Shown one piece after another: positions 28,255 through 38,028 of a stretch of 64,000 nt of DNA (positions are counted from its first letter, which is position 1; every line of letters starts with the position of its first letter). Source of the DNA: an uncultured virus (IMG/VR IMGVR_UViG_3300031758_000011) (lineage: Duplodnaviria > Heunggongvirae > Uroviricota > Caudoviricetes); IMG/VR virus record IMGVR_UViG_3300031758_000011, positions 1 to 64,000 of that record, one strand, 5' to 3'. Under the pieces are notes generated by a model that was not told the origin of the DNA, made no database searches, and saw nothing but the letters and a program-made list of their open reading frames with translations. Position numbers and translations under genes: made by a program.

Positions 28255-29007
28255 ATGAAAAAAAGTAAAAAAATTAACCCAGAATTATTAAAAGAAGAAC
28301 TTAAAAAATTTAGATTGTTATCTGAATATTCTTTTTATATGGGTGAAGACATTCAAGGTTACGATAAAGACGAAAAAGATATTATTTTAGGTGATGAAGC
28401 TATTGTGGATGAAGCTGAAGAAGAAGATGTTGAAACTGATTTACCAGTTGATGCATCTGAAGTACCTTCTGAAGACCCAGAAGCAGCACCAGTTGATGAT
28501 ACAGAAGTACCTCCAGTTGATGACGCTCCACCAGCTGAAGAACCAATAATGGATGAACCAGCACCAGCTGAAGAACCAATAATGGATGAACCAGTAATGG
28601 ATGAACCAGCACCATCAAGCGATGAAGTTGAAGTTGACGTTACATCAATTGTTAAAGGAACTGAAGAAGCTAAAGCGGCAGCAGAAGCAGCTAACTCTAA
28701 TGCTGAAACGTTATTAAAGAAATTGGATGATTTAGAATCTAGAATTTCAAACATGGATGCTTTGGGTAGTAAAATAAGTGAATTAGAATTAGAATTCAAA
28801 AAAAGAAACCCAACTCCAGTTGAAAAACAAAGTTTAATTTCTTTAAAAGGTTACCCTTTCAATATTCCAATTAGTAAGTATTGGGATGACAAAGAAGAAA
28901 CAGATGAAAAAGAAAAAGAATATGTATTAACTCAAAAAGACGTTGATGAATTTAGCGATGAAGAAATCAAGAATAGTTTTGATGAGTATGAAGAAGAAGA
29001 TATTTAA
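28255..29007 (+). CDS. Acidic Pro-rich protein with a coiled coil, possibly a scaffold or core protein
   Basis: Very acidic low-complexity middle with PAEEPIMDE repeats, followed by a coiled coil. Confidence 0.65.
   Translation: MKKSKKINPELLKEELKKFRLLSEYSFYMGEDIQGYDKDEKDIILGDEAIVDEAEEEDVETDLPVDASEVPSEDPEAAPVDDTEVPPVDDAPPAEEPIMDEPAPAEEPIMDEPVMDEPAPSSDEVEVDVTSIVKGTEEAKAAAEAANSNAETLLKKLDDLESRISNMDALGSKISELELEFKKRNPTPVEKQSLISLKGYPFNIPISKYWDDKEETDEKEKEYVLTQKDVDEFSDEEIKNSFDEYEEEDI
28529..28614 (+). repeat. 33-bp tandem coding repeat, two copies plus a partial
   Basis: CACCAGCTGAAGAACCAATAATGGATGAACCAG twice, then TAATGGATGAACCAGCACCA. Confidence 0.85.
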
Positions 29008-29011
29008 ATAG

Positions 29012-29036
29012 AAATCCTCTTAATTGAGGATTTTTT
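29012..29036 (+). terminator. Intrinsic terminator
   Basis: AAATCCTC-TTAATT-GAGGATTT followed by a T-run. Confidence 0.8.
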
Positions 29037-29054
29037 ATTTTTATAAAAAAAAAT

Positions 29055-29139
29055 TTGCATTTAGTGAATTAATGTAGTATATTAGGAACAATAAAATTTA
29101 TGTTTAAGTACTTGACTTTTTCAGATTTTAGAGTATATT
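29055..29139 (+). promoter_or_regulatory. Two tandem host-type promoters upstream of the SSB gene
   Basis: TTGCAT-N17-TATATT (29055-29083) and TTGACT-N16-TATATT (29112-29139). Confidence 0.55.
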
Positions 29140-29195
29140 TAATTTAAATTTTAGAAGTATAATAAATAAGTAATAATAAAAAAAAAAGAGTAAAA

Positions 29196-30125
29196 ATGAG
29201 TAATCAAAAAGACACGCTATCAGAAATGTTAGCACAGTACGAAAAGAACAATGCGCCTAAGTTCGAAAAAAAGGCTGAAAAGGTTTACGACCTTAAAAAT
29301 TATTTCAACACTTACATCAAAGAAGGTGTAAAAAGTGCAGTTAAAGAAATCAGAATTTTACCGACACAAGATGGTTCTTCACCATTCGTAGAAGTTCATG
29401 GTCACAAAGTATTAGTTGACGGTGAGTACAAAACTTTTGCATGTTTAAAACATGAAAAGAATGAGCCATGTCCATTTTGTGAGGCTTACGATGCGTTAAG
29501 AGCAACTGGTAAAGAATCTGACAAAGAATTAGCTAAAAAGTACAAAGCACGTCAAATGTATGTTGTTAAAGTAATTGACAGAGAACATGAAGACGAAGGA
29601 GTTAAGTTCTGGAGATTTAATCATGATTATCGTAAAGAGGGTGTTTATGATAAAATTCATGGAGTTTTAACAGCGTTAAAAACAAACCGTAATTTTACAG
29701 ACCCAGAATCTGGTAGAGATTTAGCTATTACTATTAATAGAAACCAAAATAATGTACCAGTAGTTTCTGCAATTGTTGCACTAGATTCAACACCATTACA
29801 TACTGACAATGAATTGAAAGAAGAATGGTTATCTGATGCAAGAACTTGGGAAGACGTTTATTCAGTTAAATCTTACGAGTATTTAGAAATCATTGTAAAA
29901 GGTGGAATTCCAGTATGGGATAAAGATGAGAAAAAATTTGTTGACAAAGAAGCTTTGAAAAACAATACAACATCTGAAAACGCAAAAATGGAAGAAGAAT
30001 TAACAATGGGAGTTGAAAATGTAAAAGCTAGTATCCAAACTGCTTCTACAACTAAAACTGAACCAGTTGCTAGTGAAACCACTTCAACATCTGACGAAGA
30101 TGATGATTATGATTTACCTTTCTAA
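29196..30125 (+). CDS. Single-stranded DNA-binding protein (T4 gp32-like)
   Basis: IRILP..PFVEVHGH..CLK...EPCPFCE zinc site, FTDPESGRDL and an acidic tail ending DDDYDLPF. Confidence 0.88.
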   Translation: MSNQKDTLSEMLAQYEKNNAPKFEKKAEKVYDLKNYFNTYIKEGVKSAVKEIRILPTQDGSSPFVEVHGHKVLVDGEYKTFACLKHEKNEPCPFCEAYDALRATGKESDKELAKKYKARQMYVVKVIDREHEDEGVKFWRFNHDYRKEGVYDKIHGVLTALKTNRNFTDPESGRDLAITINRNQNNVPVVSAIVALDSTPLHTDNELKEEWLSDARTWEDVYSVKSYEYLEIIVKGGIPVWDKDEKKFVDKEALKNNTTSENAKMEEELTMGVENVKASIQTASTTKTEPVASETTSTSDEDDDYDLPF

Positions 30126-30134
30126 AAACTAAAC

Positions 30135-30163
30135 AAAAAGGACTGAGAAATTGGTCCTTTTTT
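30135..30163 (+). terminator. Intrinsic terminator
   Basis: AAAAAGGACTGA-GAAA-TTGGTCCTTTTTT, with a GNRA loop. Confidence 0.75.
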
Positions 30164-30198
30164 GTTCTAAAATAACACAAGTTTTAATAACAAAAAGA

Positions 30199-31302
30199 AT
30201 GGCTAAAAAACCAGAAAAAAAAGGTATAGAAAAGAAACCTTTTAACTTAAATGATTTTAAAAAAAATAATCAGATGGATACCGCTGTTAAGATGAAAGAA
30301 TTAACATGGATTCCATTATCTGATGCATTCTTTGAAGCTTTGAAAATACCTGGTATTCCTAGAGGGTATTTTACAAGTTTTAGAGGATATTCAAACACTG
30401 GTAAATCTACAGCGATTTATGAAGCTGTGGCTGGCGCTCAAAAAATTGGTGATTTACCAATTATTATTGATACAGAAACAAACTGGGATTGGGAGCATGC
30501 TAAAAATATTGGAGTACAATTTGAAGAAGTTGTTGATGAAGAAACTGGTGAAATAATTGACTATGTAGGTGATTTCCTTTTCTTCCAATCAGAAGATTTA
30601 GTAGAAAGATATTCATGTTTAGATTACTCTAACGGTAAAATGGGTACTAAAGCATTAAGAGATGAACCAGTAATTGAAGATATCGCTAGATTAATGACTG
30701 AATTATTGGATGCACAACAAGCTGATGAATTACCTAGAGATTTAGTATTTTTATGGGATTCAGTTGGTTCTATTAACGGTTTCAAATCAGTAATGTCTAA
30801 ATCATCTAACAACCAATGGAACGCTGGTTCAATGGAAGCTGCTTTCAAATCATTGGTTAACCATAGAATACCAGCATCTAGACGTGAAGGTAAAAAATAC
30901 ACAAACACATTTGCTGTAGTGCAAAAAATATGGTTAGATAACGAAAACAAAGTTATTAAACATAAAGGTGGTGAAGCGTTTTTCTATTCACCAAGAATCA
31001 TTATCCATTATGGTGGTATATTATCACACAGCACAACTAAATTAAAAGCGACAGCTGGTGGTGAAACTTATCAATTTGGTATTGAAACTAAAGTACGTTG
31101 TGAGAAAAATCAAGTTAATGGTGTTGAAGAACATGGTGTTTTAGCGTCTACACCACATGGATATTGGAATCCAGATAAGATTGAAGCTTACAAAAAAGAA
31201 CATAAAGATTATATATTATCTAAGTTAAACACACCACTTAGTGAGTTCATTATTGAAAAAGAAGAAAATACTGGGTTTAATGAAGATGATATGCATGAGT
31301 AA
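30199..31302 (+). CDS. uvsX: RecA/UvsX-like recombinase
   Basis: GIPRG..Walker A GYSNTGKST, IIIDTE, Walker B FLWDSVG and GGEAFFYSPRI. The likely start is ATG 30199, because the track's TTG start lies inside the terminator. Confidence 0.88.
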   Translation: MAKKPEKKGIEKKPFNLNDFKKNNQMDTAVKMKELTWIPLSDAFFEALKIPGIPRGYFTSFRGYSNTGKSTAIYEAVAGAQKIGDLPIIIDTETNWDWEHAKNIGVQFEEVVDEETGEIIDYVGDFLFFQSEDLVERYSCLDYSNGKMGTKALRDEPVIEDIARLMTELLDAQQADELPRDLVFLWDSVGSINGFKSVMSKSSNNQWNAGSMEAAFKSLVNHRIPASRREGKKYTNTFAVVQKIWLDNENKVIKHKGGEAFFYSPRIIIHYGGILSHSTTKLKATAGGETYQFGIETKVRCEKNQVNGVEEHGVLASTPHGYWNPDKIEAYKKEHKDYILSKLNTPLSEFIIEKEENTGFNEDDMHE

Positions 31303-31355
31303 ACTTATGTAAATAGAATAGATAGAATAGTGTTTAACTTTTAAAAAATTATGCT

Positions 31356-32408
31356 GTGAATAAAAGACCTCCAAGAAATGGTGAAACAGTTAAAAAAATA
31401 AAAAATACATTATTGGTAGATGGCAACGCCCTTTTTAAAAGGGCTTTTGCTGGTGCCAAAGATGAATACAACGACAAAGGAGAATTTGTCGGTGGTTTAT
31501 ACCAATTTATCACGCTAGTTAGAAAAATGCTAGTGGAAGATTTATACCATCAAGTCTATATATTTTGGGATGGTAAATTAAGCGGTTTAGAGAGGTTTAA
31601 AATATACAACCCATACAAGAGTAACCGCAACAAAGATTTCGTTAATCTAACAGAAACTATTGACGAAGAACAAGCAATTCAATTAGGGAAAATTTGGACT
31701 TACTTAAATGAATTTTATGTAAGACAATTTAACTATGACTATATTGAAGGTGATGACCTAATAGCATATTATTGCCTTAATAAAGACCAAAATGAGAAAA
31801 TAACTATTTGTACCAATGATACAGATATGGCTCAACTAATTAACGAAGATGTAAAAATTTATTTCCTACATATTAAAGAATATGTTGATATTAATAACTT
31901 TTCTTCATACTTTAGTTATCATGTCGGAAATGCTGCGTTAATTAAAACAATGATTGGCGACACTTCAGATGTGATAAAAGGGATAAAAGGGTTAGGGTTA
32001 AAAACATTACTAGAACATTTCCCACAATTGAAAGAAAGAGTATTAACTTTAAATGAAATAATAGATGAGGCAAAAAGAATCCAAGAAGAAAGACTAGAAC
32101 AAAAAAAGAAACCTTTAGCGGTTTTACACAACATCATTAATGGGATTACTGATGGTGTACAAGGTGATAAGATTTATGAAATAAACTATAAACTAGTAAA
32201 TCTAAAATCCCCAATGATTTCAGAAAATGCAATAATTGAATTAGAGTTGTTAAAAAATGGTACGTTAGAAGGTACTGATAGAGACATTAAAAAAATAGCA
32301 CAATACATGCATGAAGATGGAATCGATAAAATTTTAGGTGAAGTAAGAAATGAAGATTACTTAGTACCTTTTAAAAAACTAATAGAAAGAGAAAGAAAAT
32401 TAATTTAA
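31356..32408 (+). CDS. 5'-3' exonuclease / RNase H (Pol I N-terminal, FEN family)
   Basis: LLVDGNALF, FWDG, YKSNR, EGDDLIA, TNDTDMAQL and the H3TH motif GDTSDVIKGIKGLGLKT. Confidence 0.9.
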   Translation: MNKRPPRNGETVKKIKNTLLVDGNALFKRAFAGAKDEYNDKGEFVGGLYQFITLVRKMLVEDLYHQVYIFWDGKLSGLERFKIYNPYKSNRNKDFVNLTETIDEEQAIQLGKIWTYLNEFYVRQFNYDYIEGDDLIAYYCLNKDQNEKITICTNDTDMAQLINEDVKIYFLHIKEYVDINNFSSYFSYHVGNAALIKTMIGDTSDVIKGIKGLGLKTLLEHFPQLKERVLTLNEIIDEAKRIQEERLEQKKKPLAVLHNIINGITDGVQGDKIYEINYKLVNLKSPMISENAIIELELLKNGTLEGTDRDIKKIAQYMHEDGIDKILGEVRNEDYLVPFKKLIERERKLI

Positions 32409-32419
32409 AAATAGAATAT

Positions 32420-32908
32420 ATGAGCGCAGAAAAAGAAAACAGCCCAAAAAAGTTCGAAGAACAAAGATTTGAATTTGTATTGTACATTAACAACAATATC
32501 ATTTGTCAAAGATATTTCAACATTCGTGATTACAATGAAGAAATTTTAAAGTCGTTTGAGTTAAAAGAGTTAGTAGACAGAATTACTGGTCTTAGTAATG
32601 GTGATTTTGGTGGTTTAGGTATCATACCTAAGTATCTTCAAAAGAAATCTATGGAATACTTATGGGGTAACTATAACCCATACATGGTGCAAACTGAAGA
32701 ATCAGCAAAACCGACAAGTGATAAAATAGATAATTTCCAATTTGAAATTAAAGTTGATAAAAAAACTGTTATTAAAAGTGAGTTTAGTGGAAACTTATTT
32801 CCACCAAAAGTAAGGTATTCAGTTGATGTTAGAGAGATTATTCCATCTATCATGAATGAGATTAGAAATTACTTTAGTCAAAAAACATATACGATGGTTG
32901 GCGCTTAG
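32420..32908 (+). CDS. Hypothetical protein in the replication module
   Basis: 162-aa ORF between the exonuclease and helicase genes. Confidence 0.7.
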   Translation: MSAEKENSPKKFEEQRFEFVLYINNNIICQRYFNIRDYNEEILKSFELKELVDRITGLSNGDFGGLGIIPKYLQKKSMEYLWGNYNPYMVQTEESAKPTSDKIDNFQFEIKVDKKTVIKSEFSGNLFPPKVRYSVDVREIIPSIMNEIRNYFSQKTYTMVGA

Positions 32909-32918
32909 TCCAACCATC
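32893..32918 (+). other. GC-rich hairpin over the stop codon, without a U-tract
   Basis: GATGGTTGG-CGCTTAGT-CCAACCATC. Confidence 0.6.
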
Positions 32919-32955
32919 ATATATTTATTATAACAAGTTTTAAAAAAATAAATTA

Positions 32956-34374
32956 ATGGCAAAAATAGATAAAAATAGTTTAGCGTATTTGGGTTATGAT
33001 TACCAATTAAGATTCATAGCACAAATGATAACAGATAGAAGATTTGCAAACAATATTTTAGATATAGTAGACCCAAATTATTTTGAAGATGCATATTTAC
33101 GTATCGTAGTTGCCACATTAAAAGAAGCTAAAACTAAAGATGACGTTATTCCAGATTTTAGTAGTTTACAAATTAGACTATTAGAAGACGTTGATAACGA
33201 GCAACAAAGAAAGTATTTAATTTCACAACTTAGAAAGATTCAAGAAGCTGATTTAAACGATAGCTATAAGATTAAAGATATAGCTATGAAGTTTTGTAAA
33301 CAGCAAGAAATGAAAAAGTCTATTGCTGAAATTAATAAAATCATAAGTAAAGGTAACATCGAAGATTATGACCAATGTGAAGCTATATTAAGAAAAGCGT
33401 TAGAGCATGGTGATAACAAAGACGATGGTATGAACGTTTTTGATAGTATTGACACAGTTTTAGAAGAAGATTTTAGAAAACCAATCCCAACTGGAATCAA
33501 AGGGTTAGATGAAATTATGGATGGTGGTTTAGCTAAAACAGAATTAGCTGTAATATTAGCGCCTTTTGGTGTTGGTAAGACAACTATGATTACAAAAATT
33601 GCAAATACAGCCATGAATCAAGGGCTGAAAGTTTTACAAATTTTCTTTGAAGATAACCCAAAAGTTATCCAAAGAAAGCATTTATCGTGTTGGTCTGGTT
33701 ATGACTTAAACTCATTAGCGTTTCACAAAAACGACCTTATGACTATGGTTGATGAAATGATGAATGGTAAAGGTCAATTGAAACTTAAAAAGTTTTCAAG
33801 CGATGGTACTACAATCCCAGTCATTAGACAATATGTTAGAAAGTTAATAGCACAAGGTTGGTACCCAGACATGATTTTATTAGATTATATAGACTGTGTC
33901 GAACCATCTAGAAAATTTGATGATGTCAATGTTGGTGAAGGTAGCGTTATGCGACAATTTGAAGCTTTATTAGCTGAATTAGACATCGCTGGTTGGACAG
34001 CAATCCAAGGTAACAGAAGTTCAATCAAGGCTGATGTTGTTGAGGCTGACCAAATGGGTGGTTCTATCAAAAAAGCGCAGATTGCTCACTTCGTAGTTTC
34101 AATTGCAAAAACATTAGACCAAAAGAACGACCATACAGCGACTATGGCTATTTTGAAATCTAGATTTGGTAAGTCTGGTATTATCTTTGAAAATATTAGA
34201 TTTGACAACAGTAAGATTCAAATAGATATGGGTCAAAGTAGCGGCCCTAAAACTCAAACAGAACATAAAAGCGATAAAGCTTCTAATGAAACTAAAAGAG
34301 TTGCTGCTGTGTTTGATGCTAGTAAAACTAGAGACAATGTGTTAAATGCGTTAAATGTTCCAAAAGATGAATAA
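32956..34374 (+). CDS. dnaB: Replicative DNA helicase (DnaB / T4 gp41-like)
   Basis: IPTGIKGLDEIMDGG, Walker A APFGVGKT, ILLDYID, WTAIQGNR and LKSRFG. Confidence 0.92.
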   Translation: MAKIDKNSLAYLGYDYQLRFIAQMITDRRFANNILDIVDPNYFEDAYLRIVVATLKEAKTKDDVIPDFSSLQIRLLEDVDNEQQRKYLISQLRKIQEADLNDSYKIKDIAMKFCKQQEMKKSIAEINKIISKGNIEDYDQCEAILRKALEHGDNKDDGMNVFDSIDTVLEEDFRKPIPTGIKGLDEIMDGGLAKTELAVILAPFGVGKTTMITKIANTAMNQGLKVLQIFFEDNPKVIQRKHLSCWSGYDLNSLAFHKNDLMTMVDEMMNGKGQLKLKKFSSDGTTIPVIRQYVRKLIAQGWYPDMILLDYIDCVEPSRKFDDVNVGEGSVMRQFEALLAELDIAGWTAIQGNRSSIKADVVEADQMGGSIKKAQIAHFVVSIAKTLDQKNDHTATMAILKSRFGKSGIIFENIRFDNSKIQIDMGQSSGPKTQTEHKSDKASNETKRVAAVFDASKTRDNVLNALNVPKDE

Positions 34375-34397
34375 TAACATTAAAATTTAATTGAATA

Positions 34398-35351
34398 ATG
34401 TATTTAAAAGACAAAACATTAAAGAAAAGGTATTCAATCTTCCCAGTAATTCATAATGATTTATGGGAAGATTATAAAAAAGCTGAGGCACAAACATGGG
34501 TTGCTGAAGAACCAGATTTATCAAAAGATAAATTTGATGAATTGAAAGAGGAGGAAAAAATTTATTTGAAAAACATTTTAGCGTTCTTTGCTATTTCAGA
34601 TGGATTGGTGATTGAAAACTTAGCTAACAATTTTCAAAGTGAAGTTGAAATATTAGAAGCACAATATTTCTATGGTCATCAAACTTTCATTGAACAAGTA
34701 CACGCTAATGGTTATTCATTGTTAATCGAAACTTATATTAAAGATTTGCTTGAAAGAGATGCGTTGTTTAATTCAATGGAATCAAACCCAGCAGTAGCTA
34801 AAAAAGCAGCATGGGCTGAGAATTGGATTCATCATCCATCATTTGCTCATAGATTATTAGCGTTTGCTTGTGTCGAAGGGATTTCCTTTGCTAGTGTGTT
34901 TGCTGGTGTATTCTGGTATAGAAGTAGAAACAAAATGCCTGGTCTTGCTGCAATGAATGAGTTGATTTTACGTGATGAAACGTTTCACTATGAGTTCGCA
35001 CTTAAATTGTATAAAAACTATCTTAAAGACGAATACAAATTGTCAAAAGATGAAATTAGAAATATAGTTTTAGGTTGTTACGAAGTAGAAAAAACATTTA
35101 TTGAAGAAAGTATGCCAGAAGGGTTACAAGGTTTGACAAAACAAGACATGATTAAATATGTTCAATATGTTACAGATATAGTATTGAATGATTTTGGATG
35201 TCCAGTAGAGTTTAATGTAAGAAACCCATTAGAATATATGTCAAGAATTGGTTTATCTTCTAAAAATAACTTCTTTGAAAAAAGAGAAGGTGAATATACA
35301 AGAGTGGAAATACCAACAACTATTGATGGTATGTTTGATGAAGAATTTTAA
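34398..35351 (+). CDS. nrdB: Ribonucleotide reductase class Ia, beta subunit
   Basis: FFAISDG, EQVHANGYS (radical Tyr), VEGISF, RDETFH and NFFEKR..Y. Confidence 0.95.
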   Translation: MYLKDKTLKKRYSIFPVIHNDLWEDYKKAEAQTWVAEEPDLSKDKFDELKEEEKIYLKNILAFFAISDGLVIENLANNFQSEVEILEAQYFYGHQTFIEQVHANGYSLLIETYIKDLLERDALFNSMESNPAVAKKAAWAENWIHHPSFAHRLLAFACVEGISFASVFAGVFWYRSRNKMPGLAAMNELILRDETFHYEFALKLYKNYLKDEYKLSKDEIRNIVLGCYEVEKTFIEESMPEGLQGLTKQDMIKYVQYVTDIVLNDFGCPVEFNVRNPLEYMSRIGLSSKNNFFEKREGEYTRVEIPTTIDGMFDEEF

Positions 35352-35364
35352 AAGAATGTAAATT

Positions 35365-37518
35365 ATGAGAATATTAAAAAGAGACAAAACGTCACAAGCG
35401 TTTACACCGAATAAAATTTTAACTAGAATCAAAACACAAGCCAAAGGACTTAAAGTTGATTCAGATACTTTATTTCAAGAAGTTATTCCGTTGATTAGTG
35501 ATAATATCACAACAACTGAAATTGATGAAATAATCGCTTTTAAAGCAGCAGATAAAGTAATCCAACACCCAGACTATTCATTGTTAGGGGGTAGGATTCT
35601 TTTATCTAGACAATCAAAATTAGTTGGTAAAGAATTACAACCAGTTGATTTAACTTATGATTTCTTTGCTGCAACAACTTTCCTTTCAAAATATTCATTG
35701 AAAGATGATAAGAAAACGCCAACTGAATTACCATCATGTATGTATAATCGTGTTTCTGGTTATTTACATGATGACAATGAAGCTGACCGTTTAGAATTGT
35801 TAGAAGAAATAATGTCAAAACGTGGAAACTTTGCAACACCAACTTATACAAACGCTGGTGTTCCAGAGAGAAATGGTATGATTTCATGTAACCTAACACA
35901 TTTAGATGAAGATTCATTTGAAGGTATCGAAGAAACACTTACAAAGATAGCAGCTGCATCTAAAGAAGGTTCTGGTATTGGTTTATTAATTGATAACTTA
36001 CGCAGTAAAGATAGTATCGTTGAATCATTCAAAGGTAATGCTGGTGGTGTTATTAGATTAGCTGATATGGTTCAATCTAAAATGAGATTCTATAAACAAG
36101 GTTCTCGTTCTGGAAGTTGTGCATTATACCTATCAGTATGGCATAGAGATATATTAGATTTCTTAGATTTAACGTTACCAATTGGTGATGAACAATTAAG
36201 AACTAGAGATTTATTTACATCTGTTGTTATTAACGATTTATTCATGGAAAAATTACAGAATAATGAAGATTGGTATACATTCTGTCCTAACGATATCAAA
36301 AAAGCTGGGTTAACACCGTTATATGAATTACATGGTGATGCATTTGTTGCTGAATATAACAAAGCTGTTGAATTAGGTTTAGGTAAAAAAGTTAGCCCTA
36401 AAACTATTTTCGACTCAATCATAAAATCACAAGTTGAAAGTGGTAAACCTTATGTGATGTTCAAAGATAACGCTAACAAAAATAACATGCAAAGAAATAT
36501 TGGAATAATTAAACAAAGTAATCTTTGTATTGAAGTGTTCCAAGCGTCAAGACCAAAATACACTCCGCAGTGTACGCTGGCTTCTGTTAACTTATCTGAA
36601 CATGACACACTAGAAACTATTGCTAAGACTACAAAAGTTCTTGTAAAGGCTTTAAATAAGGTAATAGACAAAAATAAATGGTCAGACGATTGGAGTAAAG
36701 CTGCTGGCGAAGACCAAAGAGCGTTAGCGATTGGTGTTGCTGGTATGGCTGATTTCTTTGCTAAGAAAAAAATATCTTATGAATCTGAAGAAGCTAAACA
36801 ATGGAACAAAGATATCTTTGAAACAATGTATAAAGCTGCTGTTGAAGAATCAATGAGATTGGCTATTGAACAAGGAAGAAATTATCCAGCGTGGGAAGGT
36901 AGTCCATATTCAGAAGGTAAAACTTATATTGAAGGTTGGTCACCTCTATCAGAAGGAGAACCAATCCCAATGTTAAATAGTTTATTGTTAGCACTTATGC
37001 CAACAGCATCGTCTGCTATTTTATTAGGTGTATTTGAATCATTTGAACCAGTTACTGCTAACTTGTTTACTAGACGTGTAGGTCAAGGCGAATTCTTGAT
37101 TGTTAACAAATACCTAGTGAATGAATTGTTAGAATTAGGTTTATGGGATAGAGATATGATTGATAAAGTTATTGGAAATCAAGGTAGTATTCAAAACATT
37201 GTGGAAATACCAGAAGACATCAGATTAAGATACAAAGATGTTTGGGAAATACCACAAAGAGTATTGTTGGATTTGTCTATTATCAGAAACAAGTATGTTG
37301 ACCAATCACAATCATTAAATGTTTATCATTCAGATGCTAAATATGCTAAAATAGCGTCAGCGCTTATGTATGCATGGAAAGGTGGTTTAAAAACTGGTGT
37401 TTATTACACTAGAACTAAATCTAAATTGGATGCTAATAAAAAATTAGCTAGTAGCCAAGTAGCTCAAGTTGAAAAACCAAAAGACAGTCAATTTGAATGT
37501 TTTGGATGTTCAGCTTAA
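35365..37518 (+). CDS. nrdA: Ribonucleotide reductase class Ia, alpha subunit
   Basis: ATP-cone-like N-terminus, ATPT..NAG, ISC, SNLCIE, CTLAS, MPTASSA, DQSQS, KTGVYY and a C-terminal CFGC. Confidence 0.95.
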   Translation: MRILKRDKTSQAFTPNKILTRIKTQAKGLKVDSDTLFQEVIPLISDNITTTEIDEIIAFKAADKVIQHPDYSLLGGRILLSRQSKLVGKELQPVDLTYDFFAATTFLSKYSLKDDKKTPTELPSCMYNRVSGYLHDDNEADRLELLEEIMSKRGNFATPTYTNAGVPERNGMISCNLTHLDEDSFEGIEETLTKIAAASKEGSGIGLLIDNLRSKDSIVESFKGNAGGVIRLADMVQSKMRFYKQGSRSGSCALYLSVWHRDILDFLDLTLPIGDEQLRTRDLFTSVVINDLFMEKLQNNEDWYTFCPNDIKKAGLTPLYELHGDAFVAEYNKAVELGLGKKVSPKTIFDSIIKSQVESGKPYVMFKDNANKNNMQRNIGIIKQSNLCIEVFQASRPKYTPQCTLASVNLSEHDTLETIAKTTKVLVKALNKVIDKNKWSDDWSKAAGEDQRALAIGVAGMADFFAKKKISYESEEAKQWNKDIFETMYKAAVEESMRLAIEQGRNYPAWEGSPYSEGKTYIEGWSPLSEGEPIPMLNSLLLALMPTASSAILLGVFESFEPVTANLFTRRVGQGEFLIVNKYLVNELLELGLWDRDMIDKVIGNQGSIQNIVEIPEDIRLRYKDVWEIPQRVLLDLSIIRNKYVDQSQSLNVYHSDAKYAKIASALMYAWKGGLKTGVYYTRTKSKLDANKKLASSQVAQVEKPKDSQFECFGCSA

Positions 37519-37540
37519 CAAATTCAAAAAATAATAATTA

Positions 37541-37569
37541 AAAAGGGGCTTATTAAGTCCCTTTTTTTT
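37541..37569 (+). terminator. Intrinsic terminator
   Basis: AAAAGGGGCTT-ATT-AAGTCCCTTTTTTTT. Confidence 0.85.
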
Positions 37570-37643
37570 ATTTACCATATTTACTTATAAAAATTTTTAA
37601 TTATTATATTTATCTATAAATAATATATTAAAAAAAATAAAAC

Positions 37644-38024
37644 ATGGCTCAATCGGTTAATATAAACTACCCTTTTAAGGATAGTAAGAAAGGGTTTTTC
37701 TTAGATTTAAATGTAGACCCAAATCAAGCAATAAAAGCTGATTTACTACATTTAATATTGACTCAAAGAGGTCAAAGATTATATATGCCCGATTTTGGAA
37801 CAAATTTATTAAAATTTATCTTTGAACCAAATGACGAATTAACATATGCTGGAATTTTAGAAGAGATAAGAAGTGTAACGAAAAAATTTTTACCAAAATT
37901 AACCTTTACTGAATTAAAAATTGAACCATCTGATGAAAGTGACTACGCTGCTGTTGTAACTATGCAATATGTTATAACTGATGGCGTTTTTGATACAACT
38001 GATATAATAGTAATTAAAATATAA
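37644..38024 (+). CDS. Baseplate wedge / sheath initiator (T4 gp25-like)
   Basis: AIKADLLHLILTQRGQRLYMPDFGTNLLKFIFEP is the gp25 signature. Confidence 0.92.
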   Translation: MAQSVNINYPFKDSKKGFFLDLNVDPNQAIKADLLHLILTQRGQRLYMPDFGTNLLKFIFEPNDELTYAGILEEIRSVTKKFLPKLTFTELKIEPSDESDYAAVVTMQYVITDGVFDTTDIIVIKI

Positions 38025-38028
38025 TTTT

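Noticed and set aside
30199..37518. Inteins or group I introns in UvsX, helicase or RNR
   Set aside because: The ORFs are continuous and of ordinary or short length, with no splice-junction or LAGLIDADG motifs seen.
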